Of a stretch of 64,000 bases of DNA, positions 50,195-61,003 are shown piece after piece. A model generated the notes under the pieces. That model saw only the letters and a program-made list of their open reading frames with translations. It was not told the origin of the DNA and made no database searches. Every line of letters starts with the position of its first letter. Position 1 is the stretch's first letter. Position numbers and translations under genes: made by a program. The stretch spans positions 2,752,001-2,816,000 of the forward strand of contig CBDCNP010000002.1 of the NCBI GenBank assembly GCA_965219415.1, in the 5' to 3' direction. The DNA comes from Candidatus Marinacidobacterales bacterium. GTDB taxonomy: Bacteria; Acidobacteriota; Vicinamibacteria; Marinacidobacterales; DATDRI01.

Positions 50195-50466
50195 GTCGCA
50201 CTCACCTGAAACGCTTGCCGGCAGTTCTCGGAACAAAAGTGTTGGACTTCACTGCCGTGTTGCTCGGCGATGGCCCGCTCTTTGGGCACGAAAACACCGC
50301 ACACTGGGTCGCGAACCATCTGGCCCCGATAGATGGGCTTGGCCGAGCCGACTCCCGGAGAGCGTCCCACTTGCTGCCTTTCGGCCCCCCCCAACCAACG
50401 AGAGAGTACTCGAAAGACGTAGCGAACCACGTACATGAGCGCGATGAACTGAAGGAGACGCCCCAT
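50191..50466 (-). CDS. Membrane-anchored YHS/TRASH domain protein
   Basis: DPVCG...HFCSENC. Confidence 0.85.
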   Translation of the reverse strand: MGRLLQFIALMYVVRYVFRVLSRWLGGAERQQVGRSPGVGSAKPIYRGQMVRDPVCGVFVPKERAIAEQHGSEVQHFCSENCRQAFQVSAT

Positions 50467-50473
50467 GGCTTTG

Positions 50474-51079
50474 CTAGTTGGTATGAGCGGACTTCAGTGC
50501 TTCCAGCTCATCACTAATGCTGCTGGCTTCGCGTGAGTTGGGGGCGACCCGCGTGAGCTCCTCCCAAGCTTCGAGCCCCGCACGAATGTCTTGCTGCGCG
50601 TACAGTCTCACTCTTCCCAATCCCAGAAGCGCTTGAGCGTTTCCCGGTGCACGAGCGAGTACCGCCTGGTACTCGGAGATGGCTTCCTCGACGCGTCCGA
50701 CGTTAGCCAACGATTGCGCATAGTGGGTTCGGGCATGAACATTATCGGGCTCTCGCTCGAGCGCCTGGCGAAGCCATGAAATCGCCTCGTCATCGTGGCC
50801 AGCCTCTAAGTAAAGATTACCGAGCCGAACCCGTGCGCTATTGTCCGCGGGATTCCGCTGAAGCACACTTTCGAGTGCGGCAACTTCTTGGCGATCCAAC
50901 ACCCGCCGCGGGGGAGGTTGCGTAGCTCCATCCGGGCTTCCGAAGCCGCCTTGGCTTCCTATGTGGGTCGCCATGGAAACATTACCAGAGTCCTGAACGA
51001 CACTCTCGAACGCGAAATAGCCCAAAAGCACTCCGAACGCGAGTCCAGTCAAGAAGAAAACGGCATTGTCTTTTCTCAT
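50474..51079 (-). CDS. Membrane-anchored TPR protein
   Basis: N-terminal TM then TPR-like repeats (LGNLY...ALEREP). Confidence 0.85.
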   Translation of the reverse strand: MRKDNAVFFLTGLAFGVLLGYFAFESVVQDSGNVSMATHIGSQGGFGSPDGATQPPPRRVLDRQEVAALESVLQRNPADNSARVRLGNLYLEAGHDDEAISWLRQALEREPDNVHARTHYAQSLANVGRVEEAISEYQAVLARAPGNAQALLGLGRVRLYAQQDIRAGLEAWEELTRVAPNSREASSISDELEALKSAHTN

Positions 51080-51109
51080 CGCCTTCAGGGGCTTTCAGGA
51101 AAAGCCAGT

Positions 51110-52633
51110 CTATCTGTGCCTAGCCGCGGGAGTCAACAGGCTCGGACCGGCGTGAAACCCACTATCTCTAAAGGGTTGGAGCCACGACATGAAACCGGTG
51201 GCGAGAAAGCCGAGCTGGAATAGAACCAGGAAGGGCAACATGGCGAAGATCTCGTGGGAGATGGCATAGGCGACGGTGGCGGTGAAGTAGAGACCGAGAG
51301 CGATCTCGACCGCGGGAAGATAGCTGCGGGCACCGCGATACGTCTTGAGCCTCCAGCTGTCCCGCGGCGATTCGATTCGGTACTTCGGCGTCCGAACGAA
51401 GGGGGTCTCGCGACCCGCCAGACCCTCTAGAACCGCGCGACCGTTGTTGACGCTCATACCGATCCCCATCGACAACAAGCAGGGAATGCAACGGAGCCGC
51501 TCCTTCCAGTCGGGATAGATCTCCCTTTGAGAAACGACGTAAAACGTTGTGACCGAACATGTCGCGGCGAGAAACAAGGGGATGTCGACCAGGAGCATTT
51601 CCTGCCACCCCATGTTGTAGCGAACCAGCATGGACGGAAACATCAACAAGGACAAGACCACCATCAGGGGATACGCCAAGTTGGCGGTCAAATGGAAGAC
51701 CGCTTCGGTCTTCACGCCGAGCGGCAAGCGGCTCGCGAGCAAACGCAGGAGCAATTTCTTGGCGGTTTGGATGGATCCCTTGGACCAACGGTACTGCTGA
51801 CTCTTGAAGCCGTTCATTTCCACCGGTAGCTCGGCCGGACAGATCGCGTCGGGAAGAAAGATGAATCGCCAACCCTTGAGTTGCGCACGGTAGGAGAGAT
51901 CCATGTCTTCGGTCAACGTGTCATGCTGCCAGCCACCGGCGTCTTCGATGGCCGACGCCCGCCACACCCCGGCCGTCCCGTTGAAATTAAAGAAACGGCC
52001 GGAGCGGTTCCGCGCTCCGTGCTCGAGTACGAAATGAGCATCGAGAAGGATCGATTGCACGCGGGTTAGCAACGAGTACTCGGAGTTGATATGACCCCAC
52101 CTCGCCTGCACCATCGCCACGTCGGCGGCCTGGAAGTGAGCCAGTGTGGCGCGGAGAAAGTCGCGAGGCGGGACGAAGTCGGCGTCGAAGATGGCAACAA
52201 ACTCTCCCCGAGCACGCGAAAGCCCCGCTCGTAAGGCTCCTGCCTTGAAGCCCCGCCGATCCTTACGGTGGATATGGTGAATATCCAAGCCTCGACTGCG
52301 ATAGTCAGCGACTCTTCGTCTAACTATCTCGGTAGTCTCATCGGTGGAATCATCGAGAACCTGAATCTCGAGAAGCTCCTTGGGATAGTCGAGCCGCGCC
52401 GCGGCGTCGATGAGCCGCTCCACCACATACATTTCGTTGAACAACGGCAGTTGTACCGTTACCACCGGAAGCTCCGCCAGGGGTAGCGGGTCCGAGTTTT
52501 CTAGTGAGGAAGGCTTCTTGTCCCGGTACTTGTAATATAGATAGACCATCATGTACCGGTGGCATCCGAAGATCGCCAACACAATGAGCACAGAGAAGTA
52601 CAGTATTAGAATGGCAGCGTCGATAGGGCTCAT
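51110..52633 (-). CDS. GT2 processive glycosyltransferase (cellulose-synthase-like)
   Basis: VQLPLFNE, DDSTD, KAG, FDAD, TED, QQYRW. Confidence 0.92.
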   Translation of the reverse strand: MSPIDAAILILYFSVLIVLAIFGCHRYMMVYLYYKYRDKKPSSLENSDPLPLAELPVVTVQLPLFNEMYVVERLIDAAARLDYPKELLEIQVLDDSTDETTEIVRRRVADYRSRGLDIHHIHRKDRRGFKAGALRAGLSRARGEFVAIFDADFVPPRDFLRATLAHFQAADVAMVQARWGHINSEYSLLTRVQSILLDAHFVLEHGARNRSGRFFNFNGTAGVWRASAIEDAGGWQHDTLTEDMDLSYRAQLKGWRFIFLPDAICPAELPVEMNGFKSQQYRWSKGSIQTAKKLLLRLLASRLPLGVKTEAVFHLTANLAYPLMVVLSLLMFPSMLVRYNMGWQEMLLVDIPLFLAATCSVTTFYVVSQREIYPDWKERLRCIPCLLSMGIGMSVNNGRAVLEGLAGRETPFVRTPKYRIESPRDSWRLKTYRGARSYLPAVEIALGLYFTATVAYAISHEIFAMLPFLVLFQLGFLATGFMSWLQPFRDSGFHAGPSLLTPAARHR

Positions 52634-52672
52634 GACAAACTATTCGTCCGCCGATAGCATAGCGCAAACCGA

Positions 52673-53969
52673 ATGAAGAGCCCGGAGAGGGATTGGCTCG
52701 TCCTGACTGCGGGAGGTTGTGTCTTGGTGGTCCTCGCGCTCTGGGTCGCGAATCGGATAGATCTCCAAAACGGCTTCCCCTCCTTTCTCTTCGGCTATCT
52801 GGCCATGTCGGCGGTCTACGTCGTTGCGGTCTACTACGTGCTACACCATACCTACCGGGCCCACAATCGCCGGGGACTCCTTGTTTGGACGGTCGTTGTG
52901 GCCATCGCGCTGCGAGCGATCTTTCTCTTTACCCCACCGGCGCTTTCGGACGACATCTATCGCTATGTTTGGGATGGCCGGGTCCAAAAGAATGGATTGA
53001 ATCCCTACGCGCACGCTCCCGCAGCTCCCCAACTAGAGCACCTGCGAGATCCCACGTACGAGAGCATCAACAATAAGGAGCTCCCCACGATCTACCCGCC
53101 GATGATGCAGGTGGTCCTCCTGGCCGTGGCCACGCTTTCGGAGAGTGTCCTCGGGATGAAGGCGGCTTTCGTTTTGATAGATGTTGCGCTCATCGCAATA
53201 CTGGTGATTCTCCTCACCGCCGCCAATCATAGCCCACTGCGAGCTCTCATTTACGCCTGGAGCCCCCTGACCATCGTCGAAATTTGCGGGGAGCGGCCAC
53301 AACGACGTCCTGATGATGGCCTTTCTCATGGCCGGGCATGCCGCGGTCTTGCTCAAGAAGGATATGCTGTCAATATGTCTCGTCACGTTGGCGGGCCATG
53401 CGAAGTTGATGGCATTTGCGCTGCTTCCATTCTTCGTACGTTGCACCCGACCCCTTGCATGGCTCGCGATTCCCTTAGCGAGTCTAATACTCCTCTTTCC
53501 CTACCGCGGCGTGACCCCGGAGTCTTTCGATGGCCTATTCGCATATGGCCTGAGATGGCGAGCCAACGACAGCCTCTTCCACGTCTTGTATTCGTTGACC
53601 GGTTCCCTCGACTTTTCGAAGCTCATCGCGGGGGCGGCGGTGGCGGCGCTCATTGGTGGGCTCCTATATCGCCGCGTTCCACCCCTTCGCGCGAGTTACC
53701 TTACGATCGGCACCATCCTTCTGCTGTCGCCTACCGTACATCCCTGGTACGTCATGTGGCTGGTCCCTTATCTGTGTTTCTTCCCGAGCCCGGCCTGGCT
53801 CTTGCTCACCGCCACCATCGCCCTTTCCTACCACGCCCCGTTCCTCGCATCTCCAGGTGAGCCGTGGAAGGAACTGACAGGTTTCAAGGTCCTCGAATAC
53901 GCGCCTTTCTTCTTGCTCGCGGGTTGGTCCGCCTTCTCGCGAAAACATGATATAGTCAGCGGCTCCTAA
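52673..53969 (+). CDS. GT-C/GT87-like membrane glycosyltransferase (frameshift ~53285)
   Basis: [25 protein letters not shown] across the shift, PTVHPWY. Confidence 0.82.
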
Positions 53970-53970
53970 A

Positions 53971-54732
53971 ATGAACGTGGATCGAATCCGAGAGATCCTA
54001 GAGGCGGTCTCGCAGCAATCGATTTCCGTAGAGGAAGCCTCCGAGAAGCTCCGCCACCTCCCGTTCGAGGATCTGGGCTTCGCCAAAATCGACCACCATC
54101 GCGAGCTGCGCCGCGGTTTTCCGGAAGTCATCTTCGGGCCGGGAAAAACCGCCGAGCAGATCACCACCATCGCCACCCGATTGGCCGAGAAGGATCAGAA
54201 TGTCCTGGTCACGAGAACAACGGAAGCGGCCTACCATGAGCTTCAGAAGAAACTGCCGGATGCTCGTTGGCACCGCCAGCCCGGTGCGATCGTCGTCGAA
54301 CACCACCCCCCGACTCGCGTGTCCGGGCTGGTGCTGATCATCTCGGCGGGCACCTCGGACATACCGATCGCCGAAGAAGCTGCGCTCACCACGGAGCTGA
54401 TGGGCTCGACCGTGGATCGAGTTTTCGATGTGGGCGTTGCGGGCATACACCGGCTCGCATCTCACCAAGAGCTTCTGACGAAAGCATCCGTGGTAGTGGT
54501 CGCAGCCGGAATGGAGGGAGCGCTCCCCAGCGTGGTCGCCGGTTTGGTGGCGGTGCCGGTGGTGGCGGTACCCACGAGTATTGGTTACGGAGCCAGCTTC
54601 GGTGGACTCTCGGCACTCTTGGCGATGTTGAACAGTTGCTCGTCCGGCGTGGCGGTCGTCAACATCGACAACGGCTTCGGGGCGGGCTACCTAGCCGGGC
54701 TCATCAACGCCTCAGATAACTCCCAAGCTTAG
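53971..54732 (+). CDS. larB: Nickel pincer cofactor biosynthesis protein LarB
   Basis: [40 protein letters not shown]. Confidence 0.93.
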   Translation: MNVDRIREILEAVSQQSISVEEASEKLRHLPFEDLGFAKIDHHRELRRGFPEVIFGPGKTAEQITTIATRLAEKDQNVLVTRTTEAAYHELQKKLPDARWHRQPGAIVVEHHPPTRVSGLVLIISAGTSDIPIAEEAALTTELMGSTVDRVFDVGVAGIHRLASHQELLTKASVVVVAAGMEGALPSVVAGLVAVPVVAVPTSIGYGASFGGLSALLAMLNSCSSGVAVVNIDNGFGAGYLAGLINASDNSQA

Positions 54733-54880
54733 CTTGACAGTTGGCCCACTCGTTCATAAATTGCAATAATGGAAAGGCTTAGGGGTAAGTCTGCCCCTAC
54801 TTTGAATGCAATTCCCGGGCCATGGCCCGGGCGTGTTAAGATAGCGGATTGTGCTCACCCGTCTCCGAAGCGGCTCTCCC

Positions 54881-57256
54881 ATGAACATCGGTATCTCTAA
54901 GACCCTAGAATTCAATGGGATACAGACTGTCCTGGAGAGGTTCACCTCCACTCCCATAGGCGCCGAGGCGGCCCGCAGACTCGCGCCTTCCTCGGACATT
55001 TCCGAGGTGAAGGATTGGCTCAGCGACACGACCGAAGGCCGCCTACTCCTCGAGCAAGGGAAGCGGCTCCCGCTCACTGGAACGCCGGACGTCCGTGCGC
55101 ATCTGGACGTTCTACGGATTGAGCAACAATCACTTGCCGCCTTAGCGCTTCTCGAGCTCGCCAAGCTTGCCCGGATCGCCGAGCAGGTTGGCCCGGAGCT
55201 CAAGGATAGCAACCCGAAACTTCCTCGGCTGGTGGCGCTTGCCAGCCAACTGCCGGATCTCCGAGACCTCCGAAGCGCAATCGAAAAAGCCATCGACTCC
55301 GAAAGCGGCGAGGTCAAAGAAGACGCCAGCCCCGAGCTCCGCCGGCTGAGAGCGCGCCTGTTCAAGCTCCGCAGGCGTCTTGAAAACATCCTCGAGTCCT
55401 ACTTCAAACAGAAGGACTCCCAGAAGTTGCTCCAAGATCAGATCGTTACCGTGCGAAACGGTCGCTCGGTGCTTCCTGTCAGGGCGGAGTGTAGGGGCCA
55501 GCTAGTCGGCATCGTTCATGGCTCGTCGGCCAGCGGCGCGACGGTCTTCATCGAGCCCCTCTCTACGGTCGAGCTCAACAACGACATCGTCTCGGTACAA
55601 GAAGAGGAACAACAAGAGATCGAACGCATTTTGTTTTCGTTGACCGAGCTTGCGCGTTCCAAGAAATCCGAGCTCCTTCAAACCACCGATGTGGTGTCGC
55701 GGCTCGATGTGATCCAAGCCAAGGCATTCCTCTCCGAGGCCTGCGACGGAGCGGAACCGCGTGTGGACGAAGGAAAGACCCTCCACCTAGTTTCAGCCCG
55801 CCATCCGCTGCTGCTCAGAAAGATCGTCGCGCGACTCGACCTGTCACCCCCGGCCAAAGAAGCGGCCGCGCTTTCGTTCCGAGTCGATGCGGATCGGAGT
55901 GCCCTCGTCTTCACCGGCCCCAATACCGGTGGCAAAACGGTCGCACTCAAGACGGCGGGATTGCTTTCGCTGATGGTTCAGACCGGGCTTCACGTTCCGG
56001 CGGATCCCAAGAGCTCGTTTCCCGTCTTCAGAAAGGTCTTCGCGGACATCGGAGACGAACAGTCGATCGGATCGAGCCTCTCCACCTTCTCCGCGCATCT
56101 CAGAAACATCGTGGAGATGGAAAGAGACATCGAAGATCCTTCCCTGGTGTTGCTCGATGAGGTCGGCACCGGAACCGACCCCGCCGAAGGGGGAGCCTTG
56201 GGAACCGCGCTCGTCGAGCACTTTCGACGAAGGGGCGCGTTGGTACTAGCGTCGACACATCACGGCATGCTCAAAGCCTACGCAACGACCACACCCGGTG
56301 TGGGGTCCGCTTCCTTTGAATTCAATCCCCAAACGTACGAGCCCACCTACCACCTGGTGGAGGACTCCACGGGGCGAAGCCTGGCTTTCGAGATCGCTCG
56401 CCGTTTTGGACTCCCCGAGGAAGTCGTTCGACACGCCCGTGAGCTTCAGAACCAAAAGGAGCGGCAAGTCGAAGGCATGCTCGAGCGGTTGGAAGAGGAA
56501 GGTCAGAAGCTCGCCAAGGATCGCGAGAAGATGACTCGCGACCGTCGCACCCTGGAAGCTTCGGTTCGGCGTCACAGAGCGATCGAGGAAGAGCTTGTTC
56601 GAACGCGAGACGAGCAATCGCAGAGCATGCGCGAAGAAATGAGCGAGGAGATCGCGCAGGCGCGGCGTGAAATCCGGGAAATTCTGGAGGAAGCGCGCGA
56701 GCGGAGTGTCTCGCATCAGCAGCAAGCGATCGGCGAGGCCCGAGCCGAGAGTCAAGAAAGACTGGAGATGGTGGCCGCACGATTCCAGCCACCGCCGAGC
56801 ACCACCGCTCGGCTCGAGCTCAATGTCGGGGAGGCGGTGACCATTCCATCCCTCCAGTTGACGGGCCGCGTCGTCGAGATCTTGGGAGATGACGAAGTCG
56901 AAGTAGTGGTGCGAGACAAGAAACTCCGCATCCCGGTCACCGAGCTAGAGGCGGCAATCGATATTCGGGGAGAGACCACGGCGAGGTACTCCGGTCGAAC
57001 GCAGGTACCGGAAGCCAAGCAGGTGCCGCAGGAGCTCAATGTCATCGGGTGCACGGTGGACGAGGCCATCTCGCGGGCAGACAAGTTCCTGGACGACGCT
57101 TTCCTCTGCGAGCATGGCACCGTCCGGCTGATTCACGGTCTGGGTCGTGGACGTCTCAAGAAGGCGATCGGTCAATGGCTCGAGACCCACCCCCATGTGG
57201 CCAAGCACCAACCTGAGGGATCCGGCGCGGTGACGGTCGTGGAACTGAAGAGCTAG
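54881..57256 (+). CDS. mutS2: Endonuclease MutS2
   Basis: TGPNTGGKT, DIGDEQSI, DEVGTGTDP, C-terminal Smr IHGLG. Confidence 0.95.
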   Translation: MNIGISKTLEFNGIQTVLERFTSTPIGAEAARRLAPSSDISEVKDWLSDTTEGRLLLEQGKRLPLTGTPDVRAHLDVLRIEQQSLAALALLELAKLARIAEQVGPELKDSNPKLPRLVALASQLPDLRDLRSAIEKAIDSESGEVKEDASPELRRLRARLFKLRRRLENILESYFKQKDSQKLLQDQIVTVRNGRSVLPVRAECRGQLVGIVHGSSASGATVFIEPLSTVELNNDIVSVQEEEQQEIERILFSLTELARSKKSELLQTTDVVSRLDVIQAKAFLSEACDGAEPRVDEGKTLHLVSARHPLLLRKIVARLDLSPPAKEAAALSFRVDADRSALVFTGPNTGGKTVALKTAGLLSLMVQTGLHVPADPKSSFPVFRKVFADIGDEQSIGSSLSTFSAHLRNIVEMERDIEDPSLVLLDEVGTGTDPAEGGALGTALVEHFRRRGALVLASTHHGMLKAYATTTPGVGSASFEFNPQTYEPTYHLVEDSTGRSLAFEIARRFGLPEEVVRHARELQNQKERQVEGMLERLEEEGQKLAKDREKMTRDRRTLEASVRRHRAIEEELVRTRDEQSQSMREEMSEEIAQARREIREILEEARERSVSHQQQAIGEARAESQERLEMVAARFQPPPSTTARLELNVGEAVTIPSLQLTGRVVEILGDDEVEVVVRDKKLRIPVTELEAAIDIRGETTARYSGRTQVPEAKQVPQELNVIGCTVDEAISRADKFLDDAFLCEHGTVRLIHGLGRGRLKKAIGQWLETHPHVAKHQPEGSGAVTVVELKS

Positions 57257-59028
57257 TGCCAATCTTTGGATCGAACTTCATCGAGCAGGTGCGGGCTAGT
57301 ACCGACATCGTCGATCTCGTCTCACAATACGTGCCGCTTAAAAAGGCAGGAAAAAGCTTCAAGGGTTTGTGTCCCTTTCATTCCGAGAAAACCCCCTCCT
57401 TCAACGTGAGCCCGGAACGAGAGATCTTTCACTGCTTCGGCTGTGGGCAAGGCGGCGACGCCTTCAAGTTCCTGATGCTCTACGACAAGATGTCCTTTCC
57501 CGAGGCCGTGGCCCAACTCGCCTCTCAGGCCGGGATCAGCGTCCCTAGTCAACGCGAGGCGGGGCCGGAAAATCCAGAGCGAAGCTTGTTGCTCAAACTT
57601 CATGACGAGGCGGCACGGTTCTTCCAAGACGGTCTGATGAAGAGTCCTAGCGCCCTCTCTTATCTCGAAGGCCGGGGACTTAGTCGGGAGACAATCGAGA
57701 AGGCTGGCTTGGGGTACGCCCCCGACGCCTGGTCTTCCCTGCTAGAGCACCTCACCAGGAAGGGCGCGAAGCCGGATATGGTGGCGCGCGCCGGTTTGGC
57801 CGCCCCACGCCGGGAGGGCCGGGGGTTCTACGATCGCTTCCGCCACCGCGTCATCATCCCTATTCGCAATGAATCCGGAAGAGTCGTGGCGTTCGGGGGA
57901 AGACTCCTCGGCCCCGGTGAGCCGAAGTACCTGAACTCGCCGGAGAGCCCCATCTACAACAAGAGTCGCGTTCTTTACGGGTTCGAAAGTGCGAAAACTG
58001 CGATTCGGCAGCTCGGAAGCGCGATCCTGATGGAGGGGTATCTCGACTGCATCCAGGCCTACCAAGCGGGGGTCGCAAACGCCGTCGCGTGCTGCGGCAC
58101 CAGTCTCACCTCCGGCCACGCTCGCCTTCTTCGCCGCTACACCGAATGCATCATCGTGAATTTCGATCCCGATGCAGCCGGAGAAGCGGCGGCGGCGCGC
58201 AGCATCGATGTGCTGATCGAGGAGGGTTTCCAGGTCTCCGTATTGAGCCTTCCAACCGGACAAGACCCCGACGTCTTCATTCGGAAAGAAGGTGGAGCGG
58301 CCTATCGCCAAAGAGTCGACGGGGCTCGCTCGTTTATGGACTATCTCATCGAACTTTCGGCCAAGAAGTCGGATGTCGCGACTCCTCGAGGCAAAGTGGA
58401 TTTTCTGAACGGAGTGCTACCTACTCTGGCCCGCATCCCGAACCAAGTCGAGCGGGTAGGCTACGTGAGCCGGTTAGCAGAGCGGGCGGAGATCTCGGAC
58501 GCCACGGTGGTGGAGGAGCTACGCCGTCAGGTGTTGGCCCGCGCCCACCGCGTGAGCTTCGCCGACCGAAATGCTCAGAATCCTGTCGGACTCGGTGCGG
58601 CCGAATCGGTGAAGCCAGCGGAGCGAGATTTCATCAGATGGTTACTGCAGTCGCCGGAAGATGCTGCGGCGCTGCTCGATGAGCTCGAAGAGGAAGACCT
58701 CAGCGAGCTCGTAACGGCATCGATTCTGAGGGTCATGAAAAAAATGGTGGCATCGGAGAGCCTTTCAACCGAGCGCGTGCTCGATCGGCTGAACGCGGAA
58801 GCCGAGCGAAACATGCTGACTCGAATTGCCCTGGAGCCGTCCCCCTTGGGGCCTCGGCAGAGTCCTCGCGATTGTATGAATCGTCTTCGCGAGCAGAGGT
58901 GGCGCCGGCAGCTTTCGCGTTTACGGGCTAAACTGGCCCAGGGTGCGGACGACGACAACATTACCGCTGAGATCCAATCTCTAGCACGAAGGATTGAGAA
59001 CTCCGGGCGGATGGAGACGCTTACATGA
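57256..59028 (+). CDS. dnaG: DNA primase
   Basis: [30 protein letters not shown]. Confidence 0.96.
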   Translation: MPIFGSNFIEQVRASTDIVDLVSQYVPLKKAGKSFKGLCPFHSEKTPSFNVSPEREIFHCFGCGQGGDAFKFLMLYDKMSFPEAVAQLASQAGISVPSQREAGPENPERSLLLKLHDEAARFFQDGLMKSPSALSYLEGRGLSRETIEKAGLGYAPDAWSSLLEHLTRKGAKPDMVARAGLAAPRREGRGFYDRFRHRVIIPIRNESGRVVAFGGRLLGPGEPKYLNSPESPIYNKSRVLYGFESAKTAIRQLGSAILMEGYLDCIQAYQAGVANAVACCGTSLTSGHARLLRRYTECIIVNFDPDAAGEAAAARSIDVLIEEGFQVSVLSLPTGQDPDVFIRKEGGAAYRQRVDGARSFMDYLIELSAKKSDVATPRGKVDFLNGVLPTLARIPNQVERVGYVSRLAERAEISDATVVEELRRQVLARAHRVSFADRNAQNPVGLGAAESVKPAERDFIRWLLQSPEDAAALLDELEEEDLSELVTASILRVMKKMVASESLSTERVLDRLNAEAERNMLTRIALEPSPLGPRQSPRDCMNRLREQRWRRQLSRLRAKLAQGADDDNITAEIQSLARRIENSGRMETLT

Positions 59029-60758
59029 TTAGCAGGCGGGACAAGCTTTTGGCGATCGAGGAGAAGTACGACGAAGTAAAGACACTCATCACCATCGGCA
59101 AGGAGAAGGGATATCTTCTCTACGATGAAGTGAACGACATTCTGCCGTCCGAGGTGAGCTCATCCGACGAGTTGGACGAGTTGTTCGACGCCTTTGGCTC
59201 CCATGGAATCGACGTTGTCGAGTCCGAGGAAAAGTACAAGGAGCTCAAGGCGGCCGGCATGGCTGGCATGGACAAGAGCAAGAGGCGAGACGAGGTCGAG
59301 CTCGACCTCACGCCGGGGGTCCTCGACAAGACGAACGATCCGGTGCGCATGTACCTCCGCGAAATGGGTACCGTGGCCTTGCTCACGCGGGAGGGAGAAG
59401 TCGAGATCGCCAAACGAATCGAGCACGGCAAGCTCGCTGCGAGCGGAGCCGTTTCCAGGACGCCGATGGCCGCCAGCGACGTCATCGCCTTGAGGGATGC
59501 GCTCAGGAAGGGCGAAGCCAACGTCAAGGACTACATTATCGTGAGCGAGGACGACCTCGCCGATCAAAAGACCGATGAGCGACGCCACCAGGCCATTCTC
59601 CAGATCAACAAGGTGGACCGTGCCTACCGCAACTGTATTACCTACGCCAAACGCTTTGCCAAGCTCAAGAAACGCTCACGCGGTTACGTCAAGGGCAAAT
59701 GGAAGCTAGGCCGGATGCGCATCAAAGTGTCTGGGCTCATTGAGGACATCGACTTCACCGAGAATTTTCTAGGTCAGATGAAGGACAAGATCCGTGAGGG
59801 CACGGACAAGGTCGGGTCGAGCGAGAGGCGGCTGGTTCGGCAGGAGTCTCGTCTAAACGGAATCAAGGGTCGCGGCAAGGCCAAGGACGAGGATAGGGCT
59901 CGACTACGCTCCGAAATGCGCAAGACCCGAGCCAGCATCCGTCGCGTTCAGGAGGGGCTCGAGGCGTCGCCCGCGCAGCTGAAAAGGACTCTCGCCAGAA
60001 TCAAACAAGGGGAGGCACAAGCGCAACAGGCCAAGTCGGAGCTCGTCGAAGCCAACCTGCGTCTGGTAGTCTCCATCGCCAAGAAGTACACCAACCGGGG
60101 GCTGCAGTTCCTAGATCTGATTCAGGAAGGCAATATCGGCCTCATGAAAGCGGTCGACAAGTTCGAGTACCGTCGCGGGTACAAGTTCTCGACCTACGCG
60201 ACTTGGTGGATCCGCCAGGCAATCACGCGCGCCATCGCCGATCAGGCACGCACCATCCGAATCCCGGTGCATATGATCGAGACGATTAACAAACTCGTCC
60301 GCACCTCACGCAGTTTGGTGCAAGAGTACGGTCGGGAGCCTACTTCGGAGGAGATTGCCAAGCGCATGGACATACCGGTGTCTAAGGTGCGAAAGGTCTT
60401 GAAGATCGCCCAAGAGCCCATCTCCCTCGAGACCCCGATCGGAGAGGAAGAGGACAGCCATCTTGGGGACTTTATCGAGGATCGCGGCGTGGTCTCTCCG
60501 GCCGAGCAGGTCATCAACACCAACCTCAAGGAGATGACGGAAGCGGTGCTCAAGACGCTGACCCCGCGAGAGGAGAAGGTCATCAAGATGCGGTTTGGTG
60601 TCGGCGATGGCAGCGAGCACACCCTGGAAGAAGTTGGGCAAAACTTCGAGGTCACCCGCGAGCGCATCCGACAGATCGAGACCAAGGCGCTGCGCAAGCT
60701 CCGTCATCCGTCGCGGAGCCGCAAACTGAAGGCTTTCCTCGAGGGTTCGCGGGTTTAG
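59025..60758 (+). CDS. rpoD: Primary sigma factor RpoD
   Basis: [45 protein letters not shown]. Confidence 0.97.
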   Translation: MISRRDKLLAIEEKYDEVKTLITIGKEKGYLLYDEVNDILPSEVSSSDELDELFDAFGSHGIDVVESEEKYKELKAAGMAGMDKSKRRDEVELDLTPGVLDKTNDPVRMYLREMGTVALLTREGEVEIAKRIEHGKLAASGAVSRTPMAASDVIALRDALRKGEANVKDYIIVSEDDLADQKTDERRHQAILQINKVDRAYRNCITYAKRFAKLKKRSRGYVKGKWKLGRMRIKVSGLIEDIDFTENFLGQMKDKIREGTDKVGSSERRLVRQESRLNGIKGRGKAKDEDRARLRSEMRKTRASIRRVQEGLEASPAQLKRTLARIKQGEAQAQQAKSELVEANLRLVVSIAKKYTNRGLQFLDLIQEGNIGLMKAVDKFEYRRGYKFSTYATWWIRQAITRAIADQARTIRIPVHMIETINKLVRTSRSLVQEYGREPTSEEIAKRMDIPVSKVRKVLKIAQEPISLETPIGEEEDSHLGDFIEDRGVVSPAEQVINTNLKEMTEAVLKTLTPREEKVIKMRFGVGDGSEHTLEEVGQNFEVTRERIRQIETKALRKLRHPSRSRKLKAFLEGSRV

Positions 60759-60777
60759 AGTATATTATTGAAGGGAC

Positions 60778-60854
60778 GGGCCCATAGCTCAGTTGGTTAG
60801 AGCCACCGGCTCATAACCGGTTGGTCCTAGGTTCAAGTCCTAGTGGGCCCACCA
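60778..60854 (+). tRNA. tRNA with CAT anticodon, most likely tRNA-Ile2 (lysidine-modified)
   Basis: GGGCCCATAGCTCAGTTGGTTAGAGC...CTCATAA...GGTTCAAGTCC...GGGCCCACCA; position just after rpoD. Confidence 0.93.
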
Positions 60855-60965
60855 TTAGGCCAGCAGATGACGGTAGGCGAGACGATGGACAGACATGACG
60901 CCCGACCTGGCCCGGGCCGGGCCTGGCCTGACAAGGCAATACGGACGGACGGCCCCAAAGAGTTG

Positions 60966-60995
60966 AAAGGGTGCCCGCGAGGCACCCTTTTTTTT
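60966..60995 (+). terminator. Rho-independent terminator
   Basis: AAAGGGTGCC-CGCGA-GGCACCCTTT followed by a T run. Confidence 0.85.
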
Positions 60996-61003
60996 GTGGT
61001 GAA

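Noticed and set aside
53971-54732. Complete lactate racemase (lar) system
   Set aside because: Only larB is present; dispersed larB is common.
60778-60854. Prophage or island integrated at the tRNA
   Set aside because: No integrase or duplicated tRNA 3' end; housekeeping genes on both sides.
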